Positions 58,581 to 64,000 of a DNA stretch of 64,000 bases are shown piece by piece; the stretch's first letter is position 1, and each line of letters starts with the position of its first letter. Below the pieces are notes generated by a model. The model did not search any database, had not been told where the DNA came from, and saw only the letters and a list, made by a program, of their open reading frames with translations. Source of the DNA: Neoechinorhynchus agilis (Eukaryota > Animalia > Acanthocephala); the NCBI GenBank assembly GCA_051530055.1, contig CM121343.1:1086389-1150388 (forward strand). Direction: 5' to 3'. The position numbers and the translations under genes were made by a program.

Positions 58581-61500
58581 GCTGATAAATACCGTGATTT
58601 GCCGGAAAGCAAATCGAGTTGTTTACAAAACATTTCAATGTTACGCTCTAATTATTTGTTTATGTTCCGCCTATTTTCCCGATTGACGGGTTCTTAGACT
58701 CATAATCTCTCGCCGATGCATTTTTGCAATCCTTATTTGGTGCTATATCCGCCTTCAATGACAAACGTTACGATGCTGGAGGTCCTTACTCATCCGAGAT
58801 CATACTTCCATCCTTGTGATCAACAATATTCATTTCAAGCGATGCCACAATTTAATTACAAAATCCAAGAGAATCAACAAAACAATTTTGAGCCAAGAGT
58901 CTTCAATGGGTTCGTGAATTCCAGTCTCATTGGACTTTGTTTGCAGTTCTATAAGGGTGTATTCGTCGATCTTTTGAAAAAGGAGGAACTTTGCATACAT
59001 TATCTCCTTGAAGTTGCTCACAATTCTCGAATACTCGGTACGGCGGAAGGTAATAAAAATGCGGACATTATTACAAAATACGTTAACGAATACTGCGATC
59101 GGAGTGCAAATCGCTTTAATGAAAATAATGGCGAGCAACCAAGACGAAAAAGGCACCACAGTAGAAGACGCAATAGACAAGGACGGTAGACCGACAGTGG
59201 AAATTGAATGTAATACGCTAATCGATAGGCGTGCTAGTTTCATAATTTTTTCTAAAATAAAGCATAGTCGCCACTTGAGTATGTATGGCGGTACCATGTT
59301 GAAACATTTATTTCGCAGACGACTCTCGGATGCTCGAATCAAGTAAGCATTGCACATGAGTATCTTGGCTCATCAAGTAAGATAAAAATTGAAATCGGTA
59401 AGTGTTAACTAGGAAAAATGACACAGACAAAAATCAAAAGTTAATATATCCTCCGCCAATTTCTTGTTCATGACTGTTGTGCCGATGACTAGGCGAATCG
59501 CGCTCGTCGATTCTATCCAGCCGGGTAACCCCTGCCATCCAGCGGAGCATGCGCATTTCCGTCGTTTCGACCCACTTGATTTGCAGGTTTCGGTCCTGTA
59601 AAGCGTGTCTTATTGCGACTTTGTAAATGTCTTTTCAGCGATAATGGGATTCGACTGTCGCAAATTACGCCGTTCAGGTTCTTCCATTTCAACAAACCGC
59701 CTTGAATTCGAGTCGCATTAAGAAATAAAAAACATCTATTTTTCGTTGGATAAAAATCTCAAATTAAGGCAGTGGCATATAAGACAAAAGGAAAATCCCT
59801 CAATGCTGGCATAGGTTCTGCAAGAGCTGACCCACCAACTGGTGTGGTTTATAGCATACCGTGTGAAGATTGTGCCAGATCCTAAATAGGACAAACTAAC
59901 AGTCTCTGCCGCAGAATCTATGAACATAGGTATGCACTGAGGAAAAATGATGCGAACTCAGCGATAGTCAATCATGTTGATGCAACGGGACACTCAATCA
60001 ACTTTGACAATGTCAATGTTTTATTCCGTAGCGACAATCGATATGTTCGTGTTATCGCTGAGTCGATTTTTATTAAACAATATGATACAATGGAAGGCAA
60101 TAAGGCGGACTATGTACGCAAAATGAGTATTGCAATCACTTAAAAAACTTTACTACCCCTTTTAGACATCCTGGAGAAGACTCACAAGTGAGTCGAAATA
60201 TTGACCCTTTTAATTTGAATAATTTAATAAATTTCGCCAAATCGGGGAAAAACACGTATCCTTCGATTTTCACAATCACTTAAAGATTTATGGCGAATCT
60301 TCCCTGGATTTAATCAACAGTATGGAGAGATTAGGGCTTAAAAACATGCGACAAAATATGGCGATCGATTTCCTGTCTGAATGTATGTGTTATGGCGGAG
60401 AAGCCGCATATTTTGAGATTTTACAGTCACGGCCGGCTGAAATATTGTAGCTATGATGGTGGTCAACGTTTTTCTAGACGTCAGTCAAAAGCGACTCATT
60501 AAAATTCACAACAGTTTAACCCCCTTTAGGATAAATGATGTTCGTTCCGACGTTTAGGATCATTTATTCTTAGTAAATATCCACGACATAATCATCATAA
60601 TTTGCTCGAAGATGACATGAGCGATTTAATTGGTAACCAAAAACAACATTTTAGGGATTGAGATCGCATGGATGCTTTGCCGTTCATTTATTTTACTGTT
60701 TCGATATGCATATTCTGTAAAAAGCGAAAAGGGTAGTAAACTACTTCGCAGGCTAAATTTTCCCCCCTAATTTAATTTTTATCCGAAGTTCAAGTGAGAG
60801 CTGGGAGATTCCGACAATTCGCGATTATTTTCATTAACCTTGTCGATCGAGCCGTTAAAGCAATGGATCGCGAATGGAAGGTGGGCCAATACAAGCAATC
60901 GCGCTGAAACACTGCTCAAAACGAGGACACACATGGAGTTGCATGAACTGCAATAATATTTTCAAAACAATGTCAACAATAAACAATTGATTATAAAAAC
61001 AGCTGAGATCCATGTTTGAGGTCCGTGTTAATTTAAGGGTCCACTCGCGAACCCTTTGAATCGAGACTACAATTTCAAACTCATCTTACTTCGTTCATGG
61101 TTCAAATTACGATCGAGAATATCAAGCGAGCGTAAGCTCTCGGTCACGATAATAAAGTTTATATCCAGGGAGACTTAATTGGCGAGGGCAGTTTCGGGCA
61201 AATCCTCAAATGCTAACAGAAGGGTTTCAGCCGCAAACTTGCAGTTAAGATCCTAAAGAACGCGATTGGAAACATCGATAAAGATGACAATGAAGTTGCA
61301 ATGTTTAAGGCAATAAAAGAGACCGAGGGAGAACGAGCTAATATCACAGTTTCTCTTGAAATGTTCAACTACTGTGGTCATCGGTGCATGATTCTTGAGC
61401 AAGTAATCGATCGGTGACGTGCGTGTGTGGTGCGTGTGAGTGTCCATTGGTGTGCGTGATACGCGTAGCCGAGTTGGTTTTTGGCAACAAAAACGTTATC

Positions 61501-62626
61501 AGTTAATGGCGACTTCGATATCATCCGAGACCCCGGTAGCAGTGGCAAAAACTGAAAAGGAGATCGAGTCTCACTTCTCTGATCCAGGGCACGAAACACT
61601 GTCGGTGTTCCACTACTCACGCAATAGCTGTCGTTTTTGTTGAGGGAAGATTCACCCGCAATGCAGACCATTAATCGGAAAACGACGTTTCCAATGATTT
61701 CAAAATATTTCTTTTTAGGTTGATTATTAGAATCAACTCAATATAAAGAAAATAACTCATAAACTAACAGAATGCCCGTATTAATAATAAAATATTACTC
61801 ACGTGCATTGCGACGCTTCCGTTCGTATTCGGTGCGATGGCAAATCGAATCAACCATCAGCCTCAAAGCCGCTCGATTCATCGGAGAACAAAAAAGAGCG
61901 GTGCAAGGAACAAGCGAACAAAAATATAAAACGGACGGCGATTTTGACGGTACAAAAAAACGACAAAATTCTATTCTGTCTAAGATTTTGGCGCGCGCTT
62001 AAATATTTGTCGTAATTTTTTAATAGAAAATAATTAATTTGTAAAAAGTAGCCATGTAGTCTGCTTGCTCAAAGTATTTCTAGTGGTAGTCTTGCGTGGA
62101 TGCGACAAGTGTCGGCTATCGCCAAGGCTCATGCCTAAATTAATATCATTTGCCCAATGTTTGTAGACCTAAATTGATAATTGGGTCATTTTCCATTTCT
62201 GCCTCAGTCCGAAGTGTCGTCCTCTACTCGTGAGTGGTTCGGGCAGATTAAGGTTTCCGCAATAAGTTGAGCTTCGAAAGGGTGAGACTTAACTTGAATT
62301 AATCGTTCGATGTGATATGGTCGAATTTCTTCGTGCCTCGGATTTGGGCAATATTGGGTTCCTCTGACCGTTATGAGTGTAACAATGTGGATGGATATAT
62401 GAACGAAGCTCTGCCTAAGACTAAGAATTCATTAGCATTGTGGATGAGCGATCAAAAGTTGTATAATCTACTACTTTCCGGTCCTCGCGAATTTATGTAT
62501 GTCGCTCCGAAATATAGTATGAGCTTTTTCAAAACTCGCCATATCGTACGCTCTGACGATTCTCCAAACGCTCAATCTGTCAAATGCGAATTGATTTGGA
62601 AAGGATCCGAAGTGTTATTAAAAGAG
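58581..62626 (+). repeat. ~4-kb segmental duplication, copy 2
   Basis: Near-identical to 38562-42607. Confidence 0.97.
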
Positions 62627-63355
62627 TCAAATGCGTGGTCAAGAGGGTCGTCAAGTGATAGGGATTAAATCAACGATTCATCGTTAACATAGTTAAGACT
62701 CTTACTTTTAGTACCATTTGCTTTTTTGCAAGAGGAAGACAACCGGAGCAGAGACTTAACATGTTTTATAAATTTTTACCAAATATAATGAAAATTAAGT
62801 GGTTATCTTATGATTCAATGAACATGTTAATTAAAGACCTTGATATATTCTTTGTGGCTAAAATTTGGTTCAGTTTGTGTCAATGGTCCGTTCAGTTATG
62901 TTTGACAGCTTCATTCTCGAGGGGCATCATTCTATTGAGGAGTGTCTCCTTTTATGCAATGGCTACCAAAGTCCAACTTGCGAGCGCTTGGGCTGGGACC
63001 CCCAATTGATGGGCTGGTCATGCCTAGCCCCGGGCACCACCGCATCTATCGTTAATCACGGAAGCCTATCAGATTCACATCATGCGATTATGGAGAAGCC
63101 AATCAAGCAGCTGGTTATCTAAACGAAGTTCTTGGGCTTTTTAGGCGCATGATAGCTGGACTCAACCAATGTGACAAGTGCAATTCTAGTGGAAACCTAC
63201 GGCCTAGAGCAGAGCATTGGATTTGCAGCGTCAATATGAAAAGTAATCATCGGCTCAGTGAAATCCATTGAAGACGAATGATGAACGCATAACCAAAACA
63301 ACGAAATCGCCCAAAGATGAACTCCTAAACACAATACAACACAATCGCCATCTCA

Positions 63356-63673
63356 TTGACACGACAAATTTATCCCAATGTTATAACTCCAAGATGCTCG
63401 AATTTTAAAACGATCGGGAGAATAATGGTTCGCCATTTAATAGGCAAAAATGGAAGGTTAGAAATTAGATTTCGGCTGGGCGAAGAATATGATTTAGCGA
63501 CGGTTATTTACAGTAAAAAGTTCGGAACGGTTTATAAAGGGCGAAGTGAGTTTACAAACAAAGACGTGTCAATCAAAGTCGAGGAGAGCCCACTTGACCA
63601 CATCGACACAACTACGGAATGTACAATCCCAGCCAATTTTTTGACTCAGTGTGAGCGCTGTATTCTATTTTAA
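63356..63673 (+). pseudogene. Protein kinase N-lobe fragment (CK1/TTBK-like), pseudogene or exon
   Basis: KFGTVYKG..KDVSIKVE. No catalytic loop seen downstream. Confidence 0.5.
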
Positions 63674-64000
63674 GATTTTTACTAGCAAGCCGGTTTGTTT
63701 TATATCATCATTAAGTTTTTCCCTTACACCCAGCGTATTTTTTAAGCATTTAACCTTTGAATCTGACAGTGAAAAATAATGAGCAACATATCTGTATCTG
63801 AAAAAGTAAAATTGAGAAAAGACATACGGGAGAACTTGATCGAACGAAAAACGAGGCGATGTTTGCTGCACTTAGGGGAACGAGCTGGTCGGAGCTGATT
63901 GACTCTGTTAAGAAGGTCAAAGAGAAGGACCCAAGAGGATTAGTCAAAGACGCTGTTGGTGGAGACAAAGCCCTAAAAACTCAGGAGCTCAATTCTCAAA

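Noticed and set aside
63646-63690. 24-nt GT..AG mini-intron extending the kinase fragment
   Set aside because: Splicing it, or the alternative donor 2 nt upstream, leads quickly to a stop.

Overview
Eukaryotic (probably invertebrate) repeat-dense DNA made mostly of nested retroelements and segmental duplications. It holds an R2-like element at the canonical 28S site (11.8-16.2 kb) behind an isolated 1.15-kb 28S fragment, a near-complete Mag-type Ty3/Gypsy element (53.5-57.9 kb) and a decayed Gypsy. It also holds CRE-clade and APE-type LINEs, Penelope-like remnants with minimal hammerhead ribozymes, an acylphosphatase gene and two kinase fragments. Two things stand out. First, a 3.8-kb block of tightly packed orphan ORFs (6.9-10.6 kb) is fused antisense to the 28S-R2 unit, a geometry that fits capture of a negative-strand RNA virus genome by R2 template jumping. 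Second, a tRNA-headed cassette carries a complete hammerhead core whose three strands lie in a non-canonical order. All protein assignments come from motif recognition by eye; no database searches were run.
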